Source: an uncultured Clostridia bacterium
GTDB taxonomy: Bacteria > Bacillota > Clostridia > Lachnospirales > CAG-274
Reading direction: 5' to 3'
NCBI GenBank assembly: GCA_944383875.1
Contig: CALWRD010000120.1
Span: 1-46,422 of the forward strand
DNA: 46,422 nt
Numbering within the stretch: position 1 is the stretch's first letter; each line of letters starts with the position of its first letter. Shown piece after piece: positions 28,282 to 35,922 of this stretch. The translations under genes were made by a program, and so were the position numbers. A model generated the notes under the pieces. That model saw nothing but the letters and a program-made list of their open reading frames with translations. It did no database searches and was not told the origin of the DNA.

Positions 28282-29546
28282 CTTTGTACCCTTACTCTTT
28301 CAATATCTGCGCCTATGGCACGGAGCTTATATTCAATCTTTTCATAGCCCCTGTCAATATACTTTACATTACCGATACGAGTTTCACCCTTAGCGGCAAG
28401 TCCTGCAATTACAAGTGCCGCTCCTGCCCTAAGGTCTGTTGCGTTTACCTCGTTGCCCACAAGACAGTCAACGCCTTTGATGGTTGCAACCCTGCCGTCT
28501 ATACTTATGTCACAGCCCAGTCTGCGGAGCTGATTAACATATTGGAAACGGTTTTCCCATACATTTTCCGTTAATGTGCTTGTGCCGTGTGCCTTGGAAA
28601 GCAGAGCTGACATCTGAGGCTGAAGGTCGGTTGGAAAGCCCGGATATGTCATTGTTTTAACATTTACAGCTTTTAAATTGCCGTCGGATATAACCTCGAT
28701 ATAGTCATCTCCCTCTATTATTTTACAGCCCATTTCCTCCAGCTTGGCTGAGAGGGAGTCCATATGCTTCGGAATAACATTGCGTACCGTTACATCGCCG
28801 CCGCAGATGGCAGCCGCTATCATATAGGTGCCTGCCTCAATCTGGTCGGGTATTATCATATATTCGGCACTGCTAAGCTCTTCTACGCCCTGTATCCTTA
28901 TTACATCGGTACCTGCGCCCCTTATCTTCGCTCCCAGCATATTAAGGAAGTTAGCCGTATCCACTATATGGGGTTCCTTTGCCGCATTTTCAATGACGGT
29001 TGTACCCTCTGCGGTGGAAGCTGCAATCATAAGGTTAATTGTTGCGCCGACAGAGGCGGTATCCAGAAATATATTTGCACCGTGAAGTTTATCTGCTTTA
29101 AGACGTATAATATCTCCGCCGTTTTCTTCTATAACTTCCGCTCCCATAGCACTGAAACCTTTTAAGTGCAGATTAATGGGACGTGAACCGAAGTTGCAGC
29201 CTCCGGGGGTTGCAACCACTGCCTGTCTGAAACGTCCCAGCAGTGCACCCATAAGGTAGTATGAGGCTCTCATTCGTCTCACGGCATCTCCAGTTGCCTC
29301 CCATCGGTCTACCTTGGTGGAATCAATCCTGAGTGTTCTTTCATCAAGGAAATCGCATACCGCACCAAGTGAATTAAGGGTGCTGACAAGACCGGCAACG
29401 TCTTCTATACAGGGTAAATTTTCTATTATGGAAACCCCTTTTGCCGTAATGGCAGCGGGTATGATTGCAACTACTGCGTTTTTGGCGCCGCTGACGGCTA
29501 CCTCTCCCTTAAGCCGCCGTTGACCACGTATTACTAACTGCTCCAT
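28278..29546 (-). CDS. murA: UDP-N-acetylglucosamine 1-carboxyvinyltransferase
   Basis: 422 aa; LVIRGQRRLKGEVAVSGAKNAVVAI, PGGCNFGSRPINLHLKG (active-site Cys loop), and a C-terminal YIDRGYEKIEYKLRAIGADI. Confidence 0.93.
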   Translation of the reverse strand: MEQLVIRGQRRLKGEVAVSGAKNAVVAIIPAAITAKGVSIIENLPCIEDVAGLVSTLNSLGAVCDFLDERTLRIDSTKVDRWEATGDAVRRMRASYYLMGALLGRFRQAVVATPGGCNFGSRPINLHLKGFSAMGAEVIEENGGDIIRLKADKLHGANIFLDTASVGATINLMIAASTAEGTTVIENAAKEPHIVDTANFLNMLGAKIRGAGTDVIRIQGVEELSSAEYMIIPDQIEAGTYMIAAAICGGDVTVRNVIPKHMDSLSAKLEEMGCKIIEGDDYIEVISDGNLKAVNVKTMTYPGFPTDLQPQMSALLSKAHGTSTLTENVWENRFQYVNQLRRLGCDISIDGRVATIKGVDCLVGNEVNATDLRAGAALVIAGLAAKGETRIGNVKYIDRGYEKIEYKLRAIGADIERVRVQR

Positions 29547-29711
29547 TAAACTTTAGCACCTCTCAAGCTTTACATTTACTCTCTATCAATTGATTATACC
29601 ACTAAAATACCAATATTTAAAGCCCTTTTTGTGGGTTTTCGTAAAAATATGCCGTTACCTATGTAAGGGAAACGAAATGCCTACATGCAAACAGATTTTA
29701 TGAAAATGCAT

Positions 29712-29742
29712 TAAAAACGGCTGTCGTACTTGCGGCAGCCGT
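29712..29742 (-). terminator. Rho-independent terminator of the B12-regulated operon
   Basis: Minus strand: ACGGCTG-CCGCAAGTACGA-CAGCCGT followed by TTTTTAA, about 34 nt after the stop at 29776. Confidence 0.65.
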
Positions 29743-29775
29743 ATATCATCGAATTATAAACTGACTATTGTGTAA

Positions 29776-31392
29776 TTATTTCTTTTTCGTTCCCTGCGCA
29801 TAGGTAATAATAACAGCTAGCCTCTTTCTTGTCAAGTCTGTAAAGGCTGTTACAGGGTCAAATTTTTTCTGCATTGATGTGATTTGATCGTTATAACTGC
29901 TGTCGGAACTTTCTTTTGTATAGTCGGTAACATAATACAGCTGTATAATATCGCCATCGGAAAGCTTAATACTGCCCATACTTGCTTCTGGCTCCCTGCC
30001 GTTTATGCTGTATTTCCAGCCGCTGTTTACACCCATATCAAACTCGTACAGAAGATGGGAACTGTCCTCGCCGATAGCGGAAATATATATGCTTTCTTCA
30101 TCACCTGTGGCGGCATATGTCAGTCCTTGATTGTCAAGGGCAGCTTTCACTGCCGTCCATACGCTTGAGCCTGCGTATACGCTTACCGTGTCAGTAAAAT
30201 CAAAGGCGTAACAGGGTTCTTCCAGTGTTGATACGGTTACGCTTATGCTGATGCGCTTGGTGCTGCTTCCGCCTCCTCCGCCCGGACGATTTGAGACGGC
30301 TTCGGTGGTTGTTTCGGTTGAAGCGGCGGTTTCGGCGGTTGGCTTGGCAGAAGTTGTTTCGGTAATTGTTATTTGTGCCGAGGTACTGATTTCTGTTGTA
30401 CTTTCGGCAGTGCTTTCTTCGGCAGCGAAAGAGGTACTTTCGGTGGTACTTTCTATGGCAGCGGTTGTGCTTTCGGTAGAGGGAAGGTCAATGCTGCCTC
30501 CACCGAAACGGAATATATAAACTTTGTTTTCTCCGTTAAGCTGCCTTTTTACGGACACCATGGCTCTGAATGCCTGTTCCGTTGAAAGTGAATTGTGCCG
30601 TGTGTTTGTAAAGCCGAAGGTATAGTCCTCATTCATAAAGGTAAGCAAACCTTCAAGAGAATTTCCGGATTTGATAAAACGGCTGTCGGTGAATATGTCC
30701 ACACCTGCCCCACACAGGGCATTTATAGCAACCGATGTGGAATTGGAATTTTCGACTCCGTAGCGATTGCAGAATGCGCCGCTTTCTCCCTGCATTTGTG
30801 CAAGTGCCTCAATGCCTTTTTCCACGGCTTCGGTGCATTGCTCATATGGGGAAAGAGCCAATATTGCAAGGGAGGTGTTGTCCGTGTCGATTACCGCAGC
30901 TGCTCCAAAGCCTCCAAGTTCATTTTGAGAGGCGAGAATACCGTCAATGAGCTGCTGCCTTGCCAACGGACGGTCATAGCCGTAGGAATCCAGTGCAAGC
31001 AGACCGAATATAAGCTGATTAATTGACATACCATGTATATTTTCACAGATGTAGTCGACAAGCTCCTCATCCCTTATACCTACAGCACTTTTCATTATCA
31101 GTATACGCTCGGCATCGGTTACAAGGCGTATTTCATCATCAATGTTTTCAACATAGCTGCGCATTTCTTCACTTATACAGCCGTCTGCTGCCATATCCGG
31201 CACATACCAGTCACTTATTACTCCTTTTGCATATACTTCGCTTACAACTGCCTCAACTGCCGAAGCGGTTGTAGAAATATCGTGGGATGCTGCATATAAC
31301 ACGTCAGTACCTATACTTGCAAAGGAAAGACTGTTGCCGGAAATTAGTATTGCTGCCGCAAGCAGCAGGGAAATCCATCGCTTAAGCTGCAT
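29776..31392 (-). CDS. Secreted two-domain protein: prenyltransferase-like alpha/alpha-toroid repeats, Thr/Ser/Glu linker, C-terminal DUF4430 (transcobalamin-like) domain
   Basis: 538 aa. Signal peptide MQLKRWISLLLAAAILISGNSLSFA. QNELGGFG and QGESGAFC repeats. Linker STESTTAAIESTTESTS...GGGGGS. C-terminal SGWKYSINGREPEASMGSIKLSDGDIIQLYY. Overlaps the upstream gene by 11 nt. Confidence 0.8.
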   Translation of the reverse strand: MQLKRWISLLLAAAILISGNSLSFASIGTDVLYAASHDISTTASAVEAVVSEVYAKGVISDWYVPDMAADGCISEEMRSYVENIDDEIRLVTDAERILIMKSAVGIRDEELVDYICENIHGMSINQLIFGLLALDSYGYDRPLARQQLIDGILASQNELGGFGAAAVIDTDNTSLAILALSPYEQCTEAVEKGIEALAQMQGESGAFCNRYGVENSNSTSVAINALCGAGVDIFTDSRFIKSGNSLEGLLTFMNEDYTFGFTNTRHNSLSTEQAFRAMVSVKRQLNGENKVYIFRFGGGSIDLPSTESTTAAIESTTESTSFAAEESTAESTTEISTSAQITITETTSAKPTAETAASTETTTEAVSNRPGGGGGSSTKRISISVTVSTLEEPCYAFDFTDTVSVYAGSSVWTAVKAALDNQGLTYAATGDEESIYISAIGEDSSHLLYEFDMGVNSGWKYSINGREPEASMGSIKLSDGDIIQLYYVTDYTKESSDSSYNDQITSMQKKFDPVTAFTDLTRKRLAVIITYAQGTKKK

Positions 31393-32080
31393 TGTTAAGG
31401 GTCCTGTTCAATATCCATGCGGCATCATTGGCAGTGAGGATACCGCTTCTGTCGTAGTCAGACACATCAAGGTCAATGGTGATTGAGTCGGCAAAACGAG
31501 TGTACTGCAATACAGCTGCGGCATCGTCTGCGGTAACTTTCCCGTCACTGTTGCTGTCTCCTCTTAATACATCGGATGTCATATCACAGCTTATACGGCT
31601 GTCAGCCAAAGCACGCATAGCCTCGAAATCCACAGGATCATATATAACTGCGTCCCAGTTTTCATCAAAATCACTTACATATTCCCACAGTATAAACATA
31701 CCGTCATATACCGTATATTCATTTGCGGCGGTTATGAGGGTGTTATAGCTGTCTACATAGTACAACCAACCGCTGGATGGACCGGTAAGTCCGCTGCCCT
31801 GACCGAAAAGAGTTTCATAATAGCTCAGTCCGCTGCCGGATACTACACTGTCAGTATTGTTTTCTATGGCATAGGTCACGTCGGATACGGTTGTACCTGC
31901 CGGTACGGTCAGCCTGCTGCAATTATAGCTTGTTATGGGCTGTGTCTTGTCGGCGGTGTTCCCCCCTCTTGCCATAAAGTAGACGGTTACGGTATCACCT
32001 TCTGCCGCAAATATGCTTAAGGGGCTTATTGCAGCCAGCATAAATACACAAAGCAGAAGGGATAAAATTTTGTTCTTCAT
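31382..32080 (-). CDS. Secreted DUF4430 (transcobalamin-like) domain protein with C-terminal type I dockerin
   Basis: 232 aa. Signal peptide MKNKILSLLLCVFMLAAISPLSIFA. DUF4430-like SSGWLYYVDSYNTLITAANEYTVYDGMFILWEY. Dockerin duplicated Ca-binding loops GDSNSDGKVTADDAAAVL and DYDRSGILTANDAAWIL. AAAGGAG RBS. Confidence 0.8.
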   Translation of the reverse strand: MKNKILSLLLCVFMLAAISPLSIFAAEGDTVTVYFMARGGNTADKTQPITSYNCSRLTVPAGTTVSDVTYAIENNTDSVVSGSGLSYYETLFGQGSGLTGPSSGWLYYVDSYNTLITAANEYTVYDGMFILWEYVSDFDENWDAVIYDPVDFEAMRALADSRISCDMTSDVLRGDSNSDGKVTADDAAAVLQYTRFADSITIDLDVSDYDRSGILTANDAAWILNRTLNNAA

Positions 32081-32112
32081 TTTTCTTTTCTCCTTTCATG
32101 CTGCCCAAGAGG

Positions 32113-32143
32113 CAAAAAAAATAGGCTATGCAAAGCAAAGCCC
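32113..32143 (-). terminator. Expression-platform terminator of the cobalamin riboswitch
   Basis: Minus strand: GGGCTTTGC-TTT-GCATAGCCT followed by ATTTTTTTT, 33 nt before the ATG at 32080. Confidence 0.6.
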
Positions 32144-32189
32144 ACTGCACCTACGGTGCCCTTGCCTTACTTCGGAAAACAAGTATTAA

Positions 32190-32300
32190 AAATACAACCT
32201 TAGGGTGCGTATCTGACTATTTATCACAGTGACCGGTTCGTACAGGATTTTCACCTGTTTCCGCTTATCGCACCATTACAGTGCTGACCTTAAGGCACGT
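32190..32300 (-). promoter_or_regulatory. Cobalamin (B12) riboswitch aptamer
   Basis: Minus-strand read: GTGCCTTAAGGTCAGCACTGTAATGGTGCGATAAGCGGAAACAGGTGAAAATCCTGTACGAACCGGTCACTGTGATAAATAGTCAGATACGCACCCTAAGGT. It contains GGAAAC-GGTGAAAATCC, CCGGTCACTGT and the B12-box-like AGTCAGATAC..GCACC, in the canonical order. The CCTTAAGG/CCCTAAGG P1 helix closes it. Confidence 0.8.
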
Positions 32301-32316
32301 ATTAAGTTATTCTATA

Positions 32317-32345
32317 ATGATAGCCTAAAACATTCCATCTGTCAA
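32317..32345 (-). promoter_or_regulatory. Sigma-A promoter driving the riboswitch operon
   Basis: Minus strand: TTGACA (32345-40), 17 nt, TATCAT (32322-17). Confidence 0.6.
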
Positions 32346-32371
32346 CCGGAATATTGCCTGTATTAATGTCA

Positions 32372-32396
32372 ATCTGCGGGTGCAGATATTTTTTTT
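32372..32396 (+). terminator. Orphan plus-strand terminator-like hairpin upstream of the relA promoter
   Basis: ATCTGC-GGGT-GCAGAT (32372-87) followed by ATTTTTTTTG. No plus-strand gene lies upstream for about 5 kb. Confidence 0.4.
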
Positions 32397-32448
32397 GCTC
32401 TGTTTATTCATTTGTCAGCTAATGTCTAACTTTTACTTGAAAATAGGG

Positions 32449-32477
32449 TTGCAATGCTTTATAATTATCAATATAAT
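32449..32477 (+). promoter_or_regulatory. Candidate sigma-A promoter of relA
   Basis: TTGCAA (32449-54), 17 nt, TATAAT (32472-77). Confidence 0.55.
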
Positions 32478-32547
32478 TCAATCTGTTTTATTGGTAAAAA
32501 CGAAGTTGTGGGAAAAGAGATTGAGCAATATAAAAGGAATGATTTTT

Positions 32548-34782
32548 ATGGAGCAATATGAGCAATTATATAACGAGCTTATTGAAAAAATTAATAAATA
32601 CCATCCTTCCAATGACCTGTCAATGGTAAGGCGTGCCTATGATCTGGCGAGAAAGGCACACGGCGATCAGGTGCGCAAGTCCGGGGAGCCATACATAATT
32701 CATCCCCTTTGTGTTGCCATTATCCTTGCTGAGCTGGAGCTGGATATTGAAAGTATAGTTGCGGGTATCCTGCACGATGTGGTTGAGGATACCGCCTACA
32801 GCCTTGAGGATATAGAGGAGATGTTTAATGCGGATGTTGCTCTGTTGGTTGACGGTGTTACCAAGTTGGAAAAAATCGAGTACGTTTCCAAAGAAGAACT
32901 CCAGGCGGAAAATTACCGCAAAATGTTCCTTTCCATGGCAAAGGATATAAGGGTTATACTTATTAAAATAGCTGACAGGCTGCACAATATGCGTACCCTT
33001 AAATATATGAAGCCGGAAAAGCAAAAGGAGAAGGCTCAGGAAACCTTGGACATTTATGCGCCCCTTGCTGACAGGCTTGGTATCTCTAAGATTAAGGTGG
33101 AACTTGAGGATCTTTCCCTGCGATATCTTGATCCGGAGGCTTACTATGATCTTGCGGATAAAATCAAACGCAAACAGTCAGAACGTGAGGAGTTTGTAGA
33201 AAAGATCGTATCGGAGATTAAGGCTAAGTGTACCGAGGCAGGAATCAAGTGCGAAGTTTACGGCAGACCAAAGCACTTTTTCAGTATATACAAAAAGATG
33301 CACAACAAAAATAAGACTATCGACCAGATATTTGACCTTTTTGCCGTGAGGATACTTGTTGATACGGTTACCGACTGTTATGCGGCGCTGGGCGTTGTAC
33401 ATGAAATATATAAGCCTATACCAAACCGTTTTAAGGACTATATTTCAATGCCCAAGGCTAATATGTATCAGTCTTTGCACAACACCCTTATAGGTCCCGA
33501 AGGTACTCCTTTTGAGGTACAGATAAGGACATGGGAGATGCACAGGACGGCTGAGTACGGTATTGCCGCACACTGGAAGTATAAAGAGGGCAGGACCGAT
33601 GCGGGACAGGATGCCGAGGAGGTCAAGCTTTCATGGCTCAGGCAGATCCTTGAGTGGCAGAGAGATATGTCCGATAACAAGGAATTTATGGATACAATCA
33701 AGACCGACCTTGATGTATTTAACGACAATGTTTATTGTTTCAGTCCAAACGGAAAGGTTATCAGCCTGCTTGACGGTTCAACCCCGGTTGACTTTGCCTA
33801 TGCCATTCATTCAGCTATAGGAAATACTATGATCGGTGCCCGTGTAAACGGCAGAATTGTCAACTTTGACTATAAGCTGCAAAACGGTGACCGTGTTGAA
33901 ATAATTACTTCGCAAAACTCCAGAGGACCAAGCATGGACTGGCTTAAGTTTGTTAAGACAAGCCAGGCAAGGAGTAAAATCAACCAGTGGTATAAAAAGG
34001 TCAATAAGGAAGAAAATATCGTAAAGGGCAGGGATTTGCTGGAAAAAGAGGCTAAAAAGAAGGGCTACGAAATAGGTGTCCTTACCACTCAGAATGGTAT
34101 AGCCTCGGTGCTTAACCGTTACAGTTTCAGGGACTGGGATTCCGTATGTGCTGCCGTGGGACACGGTGGACTTAAGGAAGGTCAGGTTATCAACCGCCTT
34201 ATTGAAATCTATCTTTTTGAACAAAAACGCAGTAAGACTGCCGACGAGCTTATCAAGGAACAGGAGGATAAGCTCAGGGCACAGATGGATGTTTCCTCTG
34301 TTCAGGGTAAGAGCCATAAAGGTAAGCAAGGTGTGTATGTACACGGCGTAGGAGATATTGACGTAAGGCTTTCCCGCTGCTGTTCGCCTGTACCCGGTGA
34401 TGAAATAGTAGGCTTTGTCACAAGAGGCAGGGGTGTATCTATCCATCGCACGGATTGCATCAACATCATTAACCTCAGTGAGGATGAGCGTGCAAGGCTC
34501 CTTGAGGCGGAGTGGATAACGGGAGATAATAAAAATACAGGTACCTATGAGGCGGAAATCCGTGTCTTTGCGCCTAACAGGAACGGTCTTACCATGGATA
34601 TACTTAAGGTGCTTATGGATGAGGGTGTACCTGTACAGAATGTCAGCGCAAGAGCTACCAAACACGATGATGCGGTGGTTGACCTTGCTATGATGATTAC
34701 CGGCAGGGAACAGCTCGAGATAGTATGTAAAAAAATACTTGCCGTTAAAGGTGTGGAGAATATAGAGAGAGTGACGACTTAA
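32548..34782 (+). CDS. relA: Bifunctional (p)ppGpp synthetase/hydrolase (RelA/SpoT homolog)
   Basis: 744 aa from ATG 32548 (MEQYEQLYNELIEKINKYHP). HD domain (HPLCVAIILAEL...HDVVEDT), synthetase domain (YKPIPNRFKDYISMPKANMYQSLHNT), TGS and ACT regions. The tracked ORF start at 32380 is a hydrophobic, AT-rich over-extension. Confidence 0.93.
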   Translation: MEQYEQLYNELIEKINKYHPSNDLSMVRRAYDLARKAHGDQVRKSGEPYIIHPLCVAIILAELELDIESIVAGILHDVVEDTAYSLEDIEEMFNADVALLVDGVTKLEKIEYVSKEELQAENYRKMFLSMAKDIRVILIKIADRLHNMRTLKYMKPEKQKEKAQETLDIYAPLADRLGISKIKVELEDLSLRYLDPEAYYDLADKIKRKQSEREEFVEKIVSEIKAKCTEAGIKCEVYGRPKHFFSIYKKMHNKNKTIDQIFDLFAVRILVDTVTDCYAALGVVHEIYKPIPNRFKDYISMPKANMYQSLHNTLIGPEGTPFEVQIRTWEMHRTAEYGIAAHWKYKEGRTDAGQDAEEVKLSWLRQILEWQRDMSDNKEFMDTIKTDLDVFNDNVYCFSPNGKVISLLDGSTPVDFAYAIHSAIGNTMIGARVNGRIVNFDYKLQNGDRVEIITSQNSRGPSMDWLKFVKTSQARSKINQWYKKVNKEENIVKGRDLLEKEAKKKGYEIGVLTTQNGIASVLNRYSFRDWDSVCAAVGHGGLKEGQVINRLIEIYLFEQKRSKTADELIKEQEDKLRAQMDVSSVQGKSHKGKQGVYVHGVGDIDVRLSRCCSPVPGDEIVGFVTRGRGVSIHRTDCINIINLSEDERARLLEAEWITGDNKNTGTYEAEIRVFAPNRNGLTMDILKVLMDEGVPVQNVSARATKHDDAVVDLAMMITGREQLEIVCKKILAVKGVENIERVTT

Positions 34783-34811
34783 AATGTCGCCTAGAAAGGA
34801 AATGCAGTCAG

Positions 34812-35261
34812 ATGAGAGCTGTTTTGCAGAGAGTATCAAGGGCAAGCGTTACAGCTGACGGTGTCCTTACCGGGAAGATAGGCAGAGGTATCGTTCTGCT
34901 TGTGGGTATGGATACGGGTGACAATGCTGCCGATTACAAATATATATTGGACAAGTCTGTTAGGCTAAGGATATTTGAAGATGAAGCAGGAAAGATGAAT
35001 CTTTCTGCTGAAGATTTGGATTTGGAGCTGCTTGTTGTGCCAAACTTTACCATATATGCGGATGCAAGGCATGGCAGACGTCCAAGCTTTGCCATGGGTG
35101 CGGCGCCGGAGGAGGCGGAGAGAACCTTTTCCGAGTTTGTGGAATATGCCCGTTCGGACTTTGGCAAAGTTGAGTGCGGTGTATTTAAGGCTTATATGAA
35201 GGTGGAGCTTGTCAATGACGGTCCTATAACCATATTGCTTGACAGTGATAAGATATTATAA
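34812..35261 (+). CDS. dtd: D-aminoacyl-tRNA deacylase
   Basis: 149 aa; MRAVLQRVSRASVTADG...GRGIVLLVGM...NDGPITILLDS. Confidence 0.93.
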   Translation: MRAVLQRVSRASVTADGVLTGKIGRGIVLLVGMDTGDNAADYKYILDKSVRLRIFEDEAGKMNLSAEDLDLELLVVPNFTIYADARHGRRPSFAMGAAPEEAERTFSEFVEYARSDFGKVECGVFKAYMKVELVNDGPITILLDSDKIL

Positions 35262-35273
35262 TGAGGTAATTAG

Positions 35274-35894
35274 ATGAGAGTAAAGAGTTTTACCTCCGCA
35301 GATATGGGCGAAAACTGTTATATCGTAAGCGGAGATGATAAGGAGGCAGTGGTTATCGACCCCGGTAACTCTGCGGAGAAGATTTTGGATTACATTAAAA
35401 AGGAAAAGTTGGATGTAAAGGCAGTGCTGCAAACCCATGCCCATTTTGACCATATGTGTTCTGCCGCAGCCGTTAAGGCGGCTACCGGAGCTGCTGTATA
35501 TATAGCGGAGCCTGAGGCTGAGGTTGCCTCCGATACGGGACGCAATCTTTCGGCTATGTTCGGGACTCCAGAGGCATATGCCTATGATGAGGTGCTTTCT
35601 GACGGGGATACCTTTGAATTTGGCGGCACGGAGTGCAGGCTTATTTTAACGCCGGGACATACCGTGGGCAGCTGCTGTTATTACTTTGAGCAGGAGGGTG
35701 CCCTTTTTTCCGGAGATACCCTCTTTCAGGGCAGTGTAGGCAGAACGGATTTTCCTACAGGTGATGATGAAAGCCTTCGCAAAAGTATTATAGCAAAGCT
35801 TTTCATACTGCCTGAGGGCGTCAGGGTGTTCAGCGGACACGGACCTTCAACAACCATAGGTTATGAGAAAGAAAATAATATGTATGTGTTTTGA
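35274..35894 (+). CDS. MBL-fold metallo-hydrolase (hydroxyacylglutathione hydrolase-like)
   Basis: 206 aa; NCYIVSGDDKEAVVIDPG...VLQTHAHFDH...TPGHTVGS...GDTLFQGSVGRTDFPTGD. Confidence 0.88.
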   Translation: MRVKSFTSADMGENCYIVSGDDKEAVVIDPGNSAEKILDYIKKEKLDVKAVLQTHAHFDHMCSAAAVKAATGAAVYIAEPEAEVASDTGRNLSAMFGTPEAYAYDEVLSDGDTFEFGGTECRLILTPGHTVGSCCYYFEQEGALFSGDTLFQGSVGRTDFPTGDDESLRKSIIAKLFILPEGVRVFSGHGPSTTIGYEKENNMYVF

Positions 35895-35922
35895 TATAAA
35901 ATTATAACAGAGTGATAAAGAT

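Noticed and set aside
32380-32547. N-terminal 56-codon extension of the relA ORF as tracked
   Set aside because: The extension starts at a GTG inside a terminator hairpin and encodes an implausible hydrophobic, AT-rich peptide upstream of the predicted promoter. The conserved RSH N-terminus begins at ATG 32548.
33811-34845. 344-aa minus-strand ORF
   Set aside because: It is entirely antisense to the well-supported relA CDS and has no RBS or motifs.
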